Shown piece after piece: positions 14,300-24,196 of a stretch of 35,140 bases of DNA. The notes beneath the pieces were generated by a model. That model saw nothing but the letters and a program-made list of their open reading frames with translations, searched no databases and had not been told where the DNA came from. The stretch's first letter is position 1; each line of letters begins with the position of its first letter. Location: positions 1 to 35,140 of the IMG/VR virus record IMGVR_UViG_3300023269_000003. One strand, written 5' to 3'. The stretch comes from a virus (Duplodnaviria > Caudoviricetes). The position numbers and the translations under genes were made by a program.

Positions 14300-16734
14300 T
14301 AGTAACCCCAAACGAGAGTGCTATCCCAAAGACCATACTGGGCGTCATCCCATAGGCCACCGGTTAGACGAGTCAACTGGACGGTAAGGACATCGATAAG
14401 ACCGGTGTTCACGTCGAACGTCCGGTTGATGCCGTAAATCTGTGCTGCGAAGCGCTCACCCAGACCCGAACGATCTCGGATCTCGATGGTATCGCCACGC
14501 TGGAGGCGCGGATCACCTGGAATGGAGATCGTGTCTGCTACTGGAACAGGTTCAACGGTCTCACCCAACAAACGGGCCACCATGTTGTTATGGTTGTAGG
14601 CATCCGACACCCAGTTACCCGAGATGAGCAAGGAACGAGCCCCATACTTACCCACAGACGTCGTATTGGCCGACATTTCAGCCGTAGGAGGCCTAGCACC
14701 CGTGACGGTACCCCCGACATGCAAGGCGGGCTGTCCTTCGTCTGTGGCGAACCTAGCCGGTACGTCATAGCCATTACGCATCTTCAGAACCAGTCGGTTC
14801 TGTGGGTCGAATGAGGCCAGAACTTCCAGGCCACTGATGAGGTTGTCTGCTTCCTGCCACACGCCATTCAGGAGATACTGCGGCACGTAGCCGTGAGGCA
14901 CGTCGTCGTTCCATACCGGGAACCCGTAGATGTTCGCAGGGTTCGTGGAGTAGTGGTAGACCGCCTCAGGAGAAGGAGTCTGAGTTTCCTGTGAGTCGAA
15001 CACGAACGTTCGGCTCTCTCCGGGCTGGAGAATGAACTGATCAATACCATCGGCAACAAAGCTTGCCGCACCATAGGCCACCCTTGCGGTGCCCTCAACG
15101 GATACGACATTTCGTACCGAATCCAGGGAGTTGGTAAACCCTAGCGACGTCAGATCGTCTAGGTAGAAGTTCCTTACTGGGTTGTTACGTAGCATTTGCA
15201 TACGTTCCATGTTCCAGAAGTTGAACTTACCATTCTCATCCCAAAATACCGAACCAAACTCAGCTTCGGCTACATCAGAAATCAAATTCCAAGCGTCCTG
15301 GGAACGAACCTGGGGGAAGAAGGAGTGCTTGACCAATCCCTTGTCCACCGTAGCCGCATACTTGGCCTGTCGGTTCCCCCACTGGGCCGTCTGGGTAGCA
15401 GCGTTGGTGCCACCAAAGTTGGTCGAAACCCAGTAGATGTCCTGAAGACCCTGTCGGCGAAGAACGTGAACGAAACCCTGGTAGGCGTCTGCCACGCCAC
15501 CCCACGAGATGGGAGCACCAACAACCGTGTAGTCAGCCCCGGTCTGGTTAACCCCTGCCTTGATCCAGGCCTTCACGCCCGAAGCGTGGAAGGCTTCCCA
15601 GGCGATGTTTACACGAACGCCGTCGAGACCGGTTGGGATATTGATCTTAGCCGTAGTCTGAACCAGAGCCACACTTGGCTTCACAAACCTGGACCATACC
15701 TGTCCGGCACCCATCCATGCTTCCATGTAGTACCCATCACCGATGTTGATTTCCATGATGAGCTGGTCTGGTGCAGTCTTGTAGTAATCCTTGTTCCGCC
15801 CATTCGTGATGAGCGTGAATCCAAAGAACTGTGCCGCAATGGAGTTAACATAATCACGATCGGCTGCCCAGTAGTAGTTCGAGTGGCCTAGCGTGTCGTC
15901 CATCGTGTTGAACGCCAGTGGCTTGTTCGTGGGGATTGGAGAATCAGGATGTGGTAGCCCGATCTGGTCGTACATCTGCACGTTGTGCAGCGGAGTCTTT
16001 GGGAAATCCTGAGTGTTCCAGTTGTCTACAAGACCAACGTTCGGAACCCAAGAACCAGCCCCGGAAATCCATAGCTGAGTCTGGGTAGCCCTGTCGGTGG
16101 ACGAAATACCGTTCTCAGCCTGCGTTGCAGGCCTGTAGGGGCTTGCAGAGGCGTCGGAAAGCTTCAAAGCGTGGTCGATAACCCACTGACCATCGGCATA
16201 CTGGGACTCGACTACACCCAAACCCTGATGGAACTCGAATAGAGCCCAGGTTGGGAGCGTGATAGGCCTACGAAGCATCTCTACACGGTCTAGTGCCGTG
16301 ATTTCTACTTCACCAGAGCCCCGGTCAGGGGAAATCTGTCGGATATTGCCGACGAACTGAGGATACCAGACGGTTCCGATGGCCGTCTTCATCCCGAGGT
16401 CGTACTTAATCTCCACACCGATGGTGTTCAACGGGTTGATAGGAGATCCAGCCCTGTATGGACTGAAAATAGCGTCCAAACCCAAACCGTTTCGCTGCCC
16501 AGACAGGGTTACCGTGAGCTGGACCGAAGAAGAGCCCTCGACCGTACTGAGTTCAGTAGGAAGAGAGCCCTTCAACGATCCATCCGTGTTGGCAGACTGC
16601 ACATACGCAGACATGTCGGTCATAGCGTGGTTGTAGGAGCCGTTACGGTTCCAGTCGACTCGAAGACGAGCCGTGAACCTACGCTCAGGGCTGGTTACCG
16701 CTAGTGCGGCATCAGCACCGCCTTGTGTCTGCAT
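14299..16734 (-). CDS. large minor tail (hub/baseplate) protein
   Basis: 811 aa; AEAEFG.VFWDE.G.F.F, GDPRLQ.GD; position in tail module. Confidence 0.8.
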   Translation of the reverse strand: MQTQGGADAALAVTSPERRFTARLRVDWNRNGSYNHAMTDMSAYVQSANTDGSLKGSLPTELSTVEGSSSVQLTVTLSGQRNGLGLDAIFSPYRAGSPINPLNTIGVEIKYDLGMKTAIGTVWYPQFVGNIRQISPDRGSGEVEITALDRVEMLRRPITLPTWALFEFHQGLGVVESQYADGQWVIDHALKLSDASASPYRPATQAENGISSTDRATQTQLWISGAGSWVPNVGLVDNWNTQDFPKTPLHNVQMYDQIGLPHPDSPIPTNKPLAFNTMDDTLGHSNYYWAADRDYVNSIAAQFFGFTLITNGRNKDYYKTAPDQLIMEINIGDGYYMEAWMGAGQVWSRFVKPSVALVQTTAKINIPTGLDGVRVNIAWEAFHASGVKAWIKAGVNQTGADYTVVGAPISWGGVADAYQGFVHVLRRQGLQDIYWVSTNFGGTNAATQTAQWGNRQAKYAATVDKGLVKHSFFPQVRSQDAWNLISDVAEAEFGSVFWDENGKFNFWNMERMQMLRNNPVRNFYLDDLTSLGFTNSLDSVRNVVSVEGTARVAYGAASFVADGIDQFILQPGESRTFVFDSQETQTPSPEAVYHYSTNPANIYGFPVWNDDVPHGYVPQYLLNGVWQEADNLISGLEVLASFDPQNRLVLKMRNGYDVPARFATDEGQPALHVGGTVTGARPPTAEMSANTTSVGKYGARSLLISGNWVSDAYNHNNMVARLLGETVEPVPVADTISIPGDPRLQRGDTIEIRDRSGLGERFAAQIYGINRTFDVNTGLIDVLTVQLTRLTGGLWDDAQYGLWDSTLVWGY

Positions 16735-16735
16735 T

Positions 16736-17563
16736 TTATGCCTCCAATAGGCCTAGGGTTGCGTTCATCAAAGGATACCTAGGCGAAGTCGCAGGCATCT
16801 GGTCGATCAATACCATAAGGTCTCCACCCCCCTGATCCCAAGCAGTGGCGGACGACCCTAGTTCTACCTGGGCGGCTGCAATACGCGTCTCCACGGTGGA
16901 AGCCGAGTACATCGCAAAGAATCCCAGGTACGCACCTGCTGGAGGAGTTCCAGTCAGGGGGAAGCGAGTCCATGTGTTGGTCACAGCAGCAGACCCACTT
17001 GTGGACGACAGATACACGTTGTACTTGTCGTACCAGTCGATGGCGGTTGTCATTGTGAACGACGAGTTACCCTTGAGGTAAACCGAAGCTGTAATGGCTT
17101 GGCCTGGAGTACATGTAAACTTCTTGTCCGCGTCCCAACGAGCTGTAGACGTGCCCACACGGTTGTACCACCGTACGGACTGCCAGCCTGGACCTGCGGC
17201 TGTTGGCCAATCGGCCACCCAATCTGCTGTACCCGCATCGAAATACAGAGCACGGTTTTGCATGGGTTCCATGTTGCACGAAGCAGCATAGATTGTTAGC
17301 TTGTTCTTACGTAGTGGGTTGATCAACCGGTGAGGACCCGGAATGTGACGGGTGTGAAGAGCCTGGAGCCAACGGTAGTCGGCTTCATCCAGGTAATCCA
17401 TCGTGAGATCGATATTCGTCTTCACACCCGTGACGTCCATAGTCCTAGCACCGTTGAGACCCTGATGAACCCCACCGTAACGAACCTCGGTGATGTTGAT
17501 CCCCGTTTCCGGGGTCACCAGTTCACGGAGGTCACCAGGGGGACCCAAGAGCCAGGAAACCAT
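16736..17563 (-). CDS. minor tail protein (Dit-like with carbohydrate-binding insert)
   Basis: Directly after tape measure; TASVY.K...W.R...QVELGS.AT.W. Confidence 0.7.
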   Translation of the reverse strand: MVSWLLGPPGDLRELVTPETGINITEVRYGGVHQGLNGARTMDVTGVKTNIDLTMDYLDEADYRWLQALHTRHIPGPHRLINPLRKNKLTIYAASCNMEPMQNRALYFDAGTADWVADWPTAAGPGWQSVRWYNRVGTSTARWDADKKFTCTPGQAITASVYLKGNSSFTMTTAIDWYDKYNVYLSSTSGSAAVTNTWTRFPLTGTPPAGAYLGFFAMYSASTVETRIAAAQVELGSSATAWDQGGGDLMVLIDQMPATSPRYPLMNATLGLLEA

Positions 17564-19851
17564 TAACGCCTCTCATTCCTACGGTTAGTACGGTTCACCA
17601 AGCGGGTTACGCCGTTGGCGTCTAGTTCAACAGACCAGCCTTCCAGGGCACTGGCCACCTTGTCACCGATAGAGCCGAAGCCCTCGGAAGACACAGCAGC
17701 TTCAATGTCCATAGCGTTCTGGGTCTGTCCCATGACGTCCTCAATCGCACGAAGCGCTGTAGGAGCACCCTGTTCCATACCCTTAGCCCAGTCTGTCATC
17801 AGGGCCTTACCCGAGTAGGTGGTGTATCCCGTTCCGGAGAACGGACCAACCTTGGCGGGAGAGAACGGGAAGAAGTCTCGTACGGCATTGACCACAGATG
17901 CGGCCTTGTCCTTGGCGGCCTGGATCATAGACCCAATACCGTCAATGAAGCCCTGGATCAGCCTTCGACCCGACTCCGAGAGAATCTTACCCGTGTCACC
18001 AAACGCACCCAGGATTCGAGCAGGCAAGCCCAGGAAGAACTCTACGGCCAACTTCAGCGCGCCTTCGATAACTCCGAGGAGAATATCCAGGGCACCCTTG
18101 GCCATTGTCTTCAGGCCTTCCCACATCTTGTCCCAGTCGCCTGTGATGAGACCCGTGAAGAACGTGATGACACCACCGATGAAGTCAAACGCACCCGCGA
18201 TGATGTCCTTGATGGGGCCAATGACAGCGGTTACGATGTCCAAGAACGACTGGAATGCGGGGATCGTCTTGTCGATGATCCACGAAACAATGTCGATGAA
18301 CGGTGGAATGAACTCGGTGAGCTTTTCGATCACGCCTACCAGTACCGGCACGAGTGCCTTTACTGCGTCAACCAGAAGCGGCAGAACTTCCTCTGCCAGC
18401 CTCAGGAAGTGCGGCATGAGCTGGATCAGGATGTCGATGATGGCCTGGAAGATCACGGCTGCCAGTTCGATCAGCGGTGGAATCAGCGGCATGAGGGCCG
18501 CAACCAACTGAACGATAAACTGGATAAGCGCGTCGATCAATGGCATCAAGACGACAAGAGCCTGCAACAGCGCAGCACCAACTACTTCGGCGAGTTGGGT
18601 GAATAGGCCCACCAGCGGTGCAATGAGAGGCTGGATAGCCGTCAAAGCCGCTAGCAGGATCGTACCCAGGATCTTCGCAACTACCTCCAGCAGAGGAGCC
18701 AGAGCCGTTAGGGCTCCGTCTACCAACTGGAAGAACACCTCAGCCAACTGGGTAAACGCGGGCATCAGGGCATCAATGATCGGAACCAGTGCCTTGAGTG
18801 CGTTGCCCAGGAGATTGAAGATCACCTCAGACAGAATCGTCAGAGCAGGCATAAGTGCTACCAGTGCGTCTCCGAAACCCTGTAGGAGATTGGAGATAGG
18901 TCCACCCAGGATGGTCATAGCCTGTAGGCCTGCACCAAAGAGCTGGGTAAACACGTTCAGCAGCGTGCCTGTAACCTCTGCCAATCCTTCGATCGCCTTG
19001 GCGAACGTCCCCGAAGCTACAGCAGAGTTGATCATCTGCTCAAATGAATTGGTGAATTCGTTGATGACATTGCCTAGCTCCCCGAAGAGCTTGGAGCCCT
19101 CGCTTGCAAGGGTCAGCAAGATCCGGGTGAACGATTCAATGCCGGGCTGGATCTGGGTAAAGAACTTGCCGGTGTTGGCGAGGAAGACCTCAATCTGTTC
19201 CATCCCCTTGGCAGACGTCACTACGTTCGTGAACCCCTGAGCAAGGGAGATAAGCCCTTCAGCGACCTGGTTAAGGCCCGTTTCCAGGACTGGGAAGATC
19301 GTGTTGAGCTGCTGGAAGACCGGAGTCAATCCCTTTTCGAACGTCGCAGACAGCGACGCCTTAAGCTTCTCGATGGAAGGTCCGAATACTTCGGCTGCCT
19401 TCTTGATACCGTCCATACCCAAAGCAACAGCCGCGAAGGCTGCTCCCAGCAGGAACAACAGCGAAGGCAAACCTGCTAGCAAGGTTGCGATCAAAGCAAG
19501 CGCAGGTGCCAACAGCACCAGAACAGCAACACCAATCAGGGCGAACCTACTCATGTGTGAGAAGCCCTCGCCTGCGGAGTTAGCAGAGCTGCCAATCTTG
19601 CTCAACTTCTTGGATAGGTCGCCATCCTGGTCGATATTGATCTTTACGTTCTTGTCCAGGGCGTCAAGCTTCTTCTTCAGAAGAGTTAGTTGCGCGGATG
19701 CCTTGGTCGTGTCGGCCGTAACCGGAATTTCGACCTTGAGATCCTTCTGAATCTTCTTTAGCTGAGCCTGTAGCTCCTGCTTAAACTTGGAGGTATCCGG
19801 TACAACCTTGACGGATACGCGACCAATGGTAGAGCCGCCAGGGCTGCTCAT
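17563..19851 (-). CDS. tape measure protein
   Basis: IGRVSVKVVPDT start, amphipathic repeats, FSPAK.GP; follows chaperones. Confidence 0.93.
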   Translation of the reverse strand: MSSPGGSTIGRVSVKVVPDTSKFKQELQAQLKKIQKDLKVEIPVTADTTKASAQLTLLKKKLDALDKNVKINIDQDGDLSKKLSKIGSSANSAGEGFSHMSRFALIGVAVLVLLAPALALIATLLAGLPSLLFLLGAAFAAVALGMDGIKKAAEVFGPSIEKLKASLSATFEKGLTPVFQQLNTIFPVLETGLNQVAEGLISLAQGFTNVVTSAKGMEQIEVFLANTGKFFTQIQPGIESFTRILLTLASEGSKLFGELGNVINEFTNSFEQMINSAVASGTFAKAIEGLAEVTGTLLNVFTQLFGAGLQAMTILGGPISNLLQGFGDALVALMPALTILSEVIFNLLGNALKALVPIIDALMPAFTQLAEVFFQLVDGALTALAPLLEVVAKILGTILLAALTAIQPLIAPLVGLFTQLAEVVGAALLQALVVLMPLIDALIQFIVQLVAALMPLIPPLIELAAVIFQAIIDILIQLMPHFLRLAEEVLPLLVDAVKALVPVLVGVIEKLTEFIPPFIDIVSWIIDKTIPAFQSFLDIVTAVIGPIKDIIAGAFDFIGGVITFFTGLITGDWDKMWEGLKTMAKGALDILLGVIEGALKLAVEFFLGLPARILGAFGDTGKILSESGRRLIQGFIDGIGSMIQAAKDKAASVVNAVRDFFPFSPAKVGPFSGTGYTTYSGKALMTDWAKGMEQGAPTALRAIEDVMGQTQNAMDIEAAVSSEGFGSIGDKVASALEGWSVELDANGVTRLVNRTNRRNERR

Positions 19852-19853
19852 GT

Positions 19854-20258
19854 TTATCCTCCCTTAGCCTTCTTTGCGGCTAGCTGCCTACGGAACGGGT
19901 TGTTCTGGGCAGCATCCTTGTTGATCCGCTTAGGCCTAGGAGTCGGCTTCGGTGCCTTTGGCTTCCTCTTGGAGTTAGCCGCTGCTGTCACGTACGCCAC
20001 CTGGTTAACGGAGTCGATGAGGTTGGCCATAAAGTATCTGTCCACGTCCCATCCCAAAAACTGGTCACCACCCCGAAGAACGGCAACGGTGCGAGACGCC
20101 AGGGGGAGTTGATTGATAAGCACAAGAATGGTAGACGGCTCGTATCCCGAACCGTCCCTCATTATGTCAACAAGGTTGAGACCGTACTCGTGCTGGAAAT
20201 CTGCGAGGATAGCCTCACCAGCCTTGTCGATTAGGCGGGCGAGGGCGATGCTTCCCCC
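19854..20258 (-). CDS. tail assembly chaperone, -1 frameshift extension (G-T)
   Basis: Open -1 frame entered at GGGGGAA; ...AILADFQHEYGLNL...GWD.DRY. Confidence 0.8.
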   Translation of the reverse strand, partial: GGSIALARLIDKAGEAILADFQHEYGLNLVDIMRDGSGYEPSTILVLINQLPLASRTVAVLRGGDQFLGWDVDRYFMANLIDSVNQVAYVTAAANSKRKPKAPKPTPRPKRINKDAAQNNPFRRQLAAKKAKGG

Positions 20259-20587
20259 GCCGAAGTCACCTCTACCCACTTCTCCAGGAGCATCTGTACC
20301 CTGAGCAGATCGTGACCCAGAAGCGCGATGAGCTGAGGACCCTTGCCGTGGTCGGTTACCGTCGAGAGAACCGTCTCCATCCCGGCCAGAATCACCGACT
20401 CGTCTAGGTCGTTCTCGTCAACCGAGTCCAGCGTCTTGAGCTGTTCGGTAACCAGCGCACGCTCAGAAGCCGACAGACGGAGCACCTGACGGAGCACATA
20501 ACGGTCGGAACCAGCGTGGAAGTAGAATGGGGCGTACTTGGACTCAATCGCGTTGTTGAGGTCATCAAGCGTGAAAACGTTGGACAT
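20231..20587 (-). CDS. tail assembly chaperone (G)
   Basis: MSNVFTLDDL...KYAP; between major tail and tape measure. Confidence 0.88.
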   Translation of the reverse strand: MSNVFTLDDLNNAIESKYAPFYFHAGSDRYVLRQVLRLSASERALVTEQLKTLDSVDENDLDESVILAGMETVLSTVTDHGKGPQLIALLGHDLLRVQMLLEKWVEVTSAGEASPSPA

Positions 20588-20625
20588 GGCGAACCCTTCA
20601 AGTTTGTGTGGTTGGGGACCCAGAG

Positions 20626-20669
20626 AAAAAAGGGGAGCACGGCGGGTCCGCCAGGAACCGTGCTCCCCC
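20626..20669 (-). terminator. intrinsic terminator after major tail gene
   Basis: ggggagcacgg/ccgtgctcccc stem plus six U on the minus strand. Confidence 0.85.
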
Positions 20670-20676
20670 TTACCGA

Positions 20677-21255
20677 TTACGAGTGGTTAACTCCGGTGTC
20701 GGTAGACACCCATGCGAACAGCGGATCGGTCGAGTTCTTGAGGAACGTCGCACGAAGTGGCATGTACGCAAACTCATCGATAGCCAACTCCATTGCGTCC
20801 TCACGTCGGATAGCAACCTTCGGAGCCCATAGGGCAATGTTGGTCGTACCGTCAATGATGACGATCAGAATAGCCTTCTCGATTGGCGAGGTCGGGGCGG
20901 ACTGAACCTCGAACACACCTTCCGTAGCGCCACCATCGGCGACGGAGTAGTACAGACCCAACACGGTGTCGTCAAACTGGTGCGCGTTGAAGGTCACGTA
21001 GTCGGTCGATACCTCGGTAACAACCTCTCGGAGAGAAGCGTTCTGCCAGGTACCCTTTACTTCGGTGTCACCACCATCAAAGCCGAACACCGGGAGTTCG
21101 TCACGGGCCGTGTGGCCAATGGAAACCCACGTCGCAAGACCGACAGCAGGGTTAAACGTGTCGATAGCTCCAGGGGTCGGACGAGCCGTACCGGTTGGAG
21201 CGAGGAGGATGTACCCCCTTGCCGGTGTAATTACGGCGACATCATTTTCTGCCAT
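20677..21255 (-). CDS. major tail protein
   Basis: MAEND.AV....GY...AP.GT, GHT...LP.FGFDGGD.E..GTWQ. Confidence 0.9.
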   Translation of the reverse strand: MAENDVAVITPARGYILLAPTGTARPTPGAIDTFNPAVGLATWVSIGHTARDELPVFGFDGGDTEVKGTWQNASLREVVTEVSTDYVTFNAHQFDDTVLGLYYSVADGGATEGVFEVQSAPTSPIEKAILIVIIDGTTNIALWAPKVAIRREDAMELAIDEFAYMPLRATFLKNSTDPLFAWVSTDTGVNHS

Positions 21256-21272
21256 TCTGGCATACTCCTAAT

Positions 21273-21689
21273 CTATTTTGCGGGACGTAGTCCCAACTGG
21301 ATGAGGCCCTGAATACGCCAGGTGTCGTCGTAAGGGCTGTCAAACTGGGTAGGGCCAAACGTCTCGAAGTACGAGTGGATATACCCAGCAGGTGTGGTGG
21401 TCTGATTCAACCACGCCTCATACAGGATCTCACGGGCCTGGAGATACAGGTATTCTGTGTCTACCAACCCCACGTCTGTATAGGCGGTTAGTTCGATTAC
21501 GGGCTTGTCAAGCCTCTGGGGGTCAACAGGTAGTCCTCCCAGACGTCGGACGTTGATAACCGGCCACTCACGGCCGTGGTCAACATCTGCCATCCAAGAA
21601 CCTACAGTCACAGACGGGTCAAGCCTGTCACGTAGGAGAGGCAGAACTACGGACTGGATACGGGACATCTTTGGAACGATGACCGCCAC
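21273..21689 (-). CDS. tail terminator protein
   Basis: RIQ.VVLP.LR, INVRR.GG, WRIQGLI.LG.RP; synteny. Confidence 0.8.
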   Translation of the reverse strand: MAVIVPKMSRIQSVVLPLLRDRLDPSVTVGSWMADVDHGREWPVINVRRLGGLPVDPQRLDKPVIELTAYTDVGLVDTEYLYLQAREILYEAWLNQTTTPAGYIHSYFETFGPTQFDSPYDDTWRIQGLIQLGLRPAK

Positions 21690-21700
21690 GTTCTACCTCC

Positions 21701-22006
21701 TTAGAGAAGTCGGGAAAGGATGTACAGGCCGTGGACATACCCACCACGGTGGTTCATATGACCAAACTCCACACTCATAGGTGCGGAGCCTGTCATTGCA
21801 ATCTCGTAGTCCAAGAAGCCATACTTGACGGACATGTTCTTCTTGATTTCGATCTTATGATCACCTGTGTTGTAATGCCCTGCCAAGGCTGCCTTTGCGA
21901 TGTTACCCAGGCGATTGGCCTGGGATCGTACTTCGCTCTGGACCTCGGGTTGCTGTGAAATGATTTTGTTCATGGCCTTCTGGCCAATTAATCGCAGCGT
22001 CGGCAT
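21701..22006 (-). CDS. neck / tail completion protein
   Basis: A.SVEFGH...GLYIL motif; synteny. Confidence 0.7.
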   Translation of the reverse strand: MPTLRLIGQKAMNKIISQQPEVQSEVRSQANRLGNIAKAALAGHYNTGDHKIEIKKNMSVKYGFLDYEIAMTGSAPMSVEFGHMNHRGGYVHGLYILSRLL

Positions 22007-22359
22007 TAGTTACGCCTGATGATGTAGTCGGTATGTGCCGTGTTATTGGAGCCGTTGTACCTACGAGGCTTACCAATAACAGACCATCGCACACCAAGCC
22101 ACTCAACTTGGGCCTGAGCCCCCAGGTCTTCTGTCCAGGAGCGAGGTAGCCTGAGACGATAAACCTGTTCGGACTCGAAACCTTCGTTGTCCTGTTCGGC
22201 ACGCCTTGCGGACGTACCGGACTGCGCGGCTAGCTGCACTGCGGCGATGGTGGACACACCAACGTTGCCTGCGCGGGTAATCGTGTTTCCGTCTGCGTCG
22301 GTCGTTTCGACCTCTTGAAAGATGATTACGGTCTCTCGACCGGTATCTAGGAGACTCAC
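22006..22359 (-). CDS. head-to-tail stopper
   Basis: GTG 22359 MSLLD..., SGTSARRAEQDNEGFESE.VY, LGAQ..VEW.G. Confidence 0.85.
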   Translation of the reverse strand: MSLLDTGRETVIIFQEVETTDADGNTITRAGNVGVSTIAAVQLAAQSGTSARRAEQDNEGFESEQVYRLRLPRSWTEDLGAQAQVEWLGVRWSVIGKPRRYNGSNNTAHTDYIIRRN

Positions 22360-22775
22360 GTAGGCCAACTCCCAACATCTTCCCACGGATAAGGAGGGAA
22401 GTTGTGTGTGTAGGGGCCGATGTAAGGACGGATGACATAAGCCCCCGCACGGACTCCCAAGAGAGCCCATTCGGATGCGAGAATATCGATACGTCCCGAT
22501 GCAACCTTGACGCTGATCTGGTACGAGTAGTTTCCGTCTGTTTCAGCGGTATACCCATCTGGGTTTCGGATGAGACGCAGAATCGCTTCTGCCTCAACCA
22601 TGATGACTACTTCGACATCCAGACTGCCGTCTGCCACGCGGGCATCCAGGTCTGGAATACGGCTACGGATCAGCAATTCCACGTCGTTGAGACGGGTCTG
22701 AACTACCGTGGTTTCCCCGGCTTCCAGTGGCCTACCGAGCCTGTCTACTACATCTTGAACACTCGCGTATGCCAC
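22356..22775 (-). CDS. head-to-tail adaptor
   Basis: YAS..DV..RLGR.L, RNPDGY..ETDGNYSY. Confidence 0.88.
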   Translation of the reverse strand: MAYASVQDVVDRLGRPLEAGETTVVQTRLNDVELLIRSRIPDLDARVADGSLDVEVVIMVEAEAILRLIRNPDGYTAETDGNYSYQISVKVASGRIDILASEWALLGVRAGAYVIRPYIGPYTHNFPPYPWEDVGSWPT

Positions 22776-22784
22776 CCGGACTCC

Positions 22785-23006
22785 TTAGAACGTGGTTGGC
22801 TTCAGCACGGAACGAATCAGTGCCATGAAACCGGTCTGTAGATCGGTGCGGGCAATAGCAGCCCAGCGCTTGTCGGTCGCCTCACGGGCGAACACCTGGT
22901 CTACCTTCTCACCAACCTGAATCGCTAGTTCCTTCAGCTCGTTGGTCAGATCGATCTCGTCCTGGGACAGATCGCGGTATCCAGTAATCGGTGCGGACTT
23001 AGTCAT
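22785..23006 (-). CDS. acb2: Acb2-like anti-CBASS cyclic-oligonucleotide sponge
   Basis: ITGYRDLSQDEIDLTNELK...RWAAIARTDLQTGFMALIRSVLKPTTF closely follows the Acb2/T4 Vs.4 pattern. Confidence 0.88.
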   Translation of the reverse strand: MTKSAPITGYRDLSQDEIDLTNELKELAIQVGEKVDQVFAREATDKRWAAIARTDLQTGFMALIRSVLKPTTF

Positions 23007-23181
23007 TGACAACCTTCTTGGGTCGGCCCGGCTTGCGCTTGGCAGGAACGGGCTCTGAGACGTCTTCTACGGGCATTGGTTCGTCTGGGATACGCTTCCA
23101 CCCGAAGTAGGTAGAAAGTCGCACAGCGGCCGTTTCAGAGGCCTCTACGACGATCCCAGCGTCAGTCTTCATCAGTACCAT
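22999..23181 (-). CDS. small head-module protein with basic tail
   Basis: 60 aa, KRKPGRPKK; position matches the small post-capsid gene of L5-type phages. Confidence 0.65.
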   Translation of the reverse strand: MVLMKTDAGIVVEASETAAVRLSTYFGWKRIPDEPMPVEDVSEPVPAKRKPGRPKKVVND

Positions 23182-24136
23182 GTACTAGCCTTTCAAGTTC
23201 GGAGACCCAATGGGCCAACTCTGGCTTGGGGTCTAGTTCTGCCGATCGCTTGCGGGCTAGCACTGAAGCTGCTTCCCACTCCTTTGGTTCCAGGAGACGT
23301 CGGATCTCGGATTCGTATTTGTCGATGTCGTCACGGTCCACGAAGAGACCGAACGGACCCTGGGACTCCTTGAGTCCGGGGGTGGGGTGTGCGATAACCG
23401 GGATACCAGAAGCCAGAGCTTCAACACCGGCCATGCCGTAAGACTCGTAAAACGATGGCATCAGGAGAATGCGGGTCTTGGACCACACATCGTCCTTCAT
23501 GTTGCTGGTCTGCTTGACCAACTCGATGTTCTTCAAATGCTTTGGGGGATACATCTGCTCACCATGCGCGCCCTCAACAGCCAAGAACTCCACATCCGGC
23601 ATACGCCGTGCCAACTCATAGAGAATCCCGGAGCCCTTGTGCACATTGAGGTTCACCAAGGTGACCTTGTTTCCTGGGGATGTCCGGTGTTGCCCTGCGA
23701 AGACGGGGGGATGCACAATAGTGTGCGCCATCCCCGGACGCTTCAACTTCTCCATAAGCCATTCCGTGTTGAAAACAACGAAGTCTGGTTCGATGTCCAG
23801 AGTTTGTTGAATACCGGACAGGTCATTATGGCAGATGAACACGAACGGAATCTCTCGCTTGGCAGCGATGTTCTTGGCCCGATACACATTGTCATGGTGG
23901 GAAATGATGACATCAGGCTTCCAGGACATGATGTCCTGTCGTGCGTAGATGATGTTGGTGACCAGAACGTCTACACCCTCATACTCGTAACGTGGTGGCG
24001 CTTCGGGCATGACGGTTGCGTAGACCTGGACTGTGTGCCCGGCTTCGATCAATTCCTTGACCATCGCATGGAGCATCGTTTCGGAGCCCGCATTGCGGTA
24101 AGGAACGTAGAAGTGGACGAATACGGCTACACGCAT
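23162..24136 (-). CDS. glycosyltransferase (GT-B fold, GT4-like)
   Basis: AGSE..LH, KG, LLMPS.YESYG.AGVEALASGIPVI. Confidence 0.9.
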   Translation of the reverse strand: MRVAVFVHFYVPYRNAGSETMLHAMVKELIEAGHTVQVYATVMPEAPPRYEYEGVDVLVTNIIYARQDIMSWKPDVIISHHDNVYRAKNIAAKREIPFVFICHNDLSGIQQTLDIEPDFVVFNTEWLMEKLKRPGMAHTIVHPPVFAGQHRTSPGNKVTLVNLNVHKGSGILYELARRMPDVEFLAVEGAHGEQMYPPKHLKNIELVKQTSNMKDDVWSKTRILLMPSFYESYGMAGVEALASGIPVIAHPTPGLKESQGPFGLFVDRDDIDKYESEIRRLLEPKEWEAASVLARKRSAELDPKPELAHWVSELERLVHGTDED

Positions 24137-24157
24137 TGGCGGACTCCTGTGGTCGGG

Positions 24158-24184
24158 AAAGGGGGAGGCCCGAAGACCTCCCCC
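24158..24184 (-). terminator. terminator-like hairpin after major capsid gene
   Basis: GGGGGAGGUC-UUCG-GGCCUCCCCC-UUU on the minus strand. Confidence 0.7.
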
Positions 24185-24196
24185 AACCCCTGTCGA

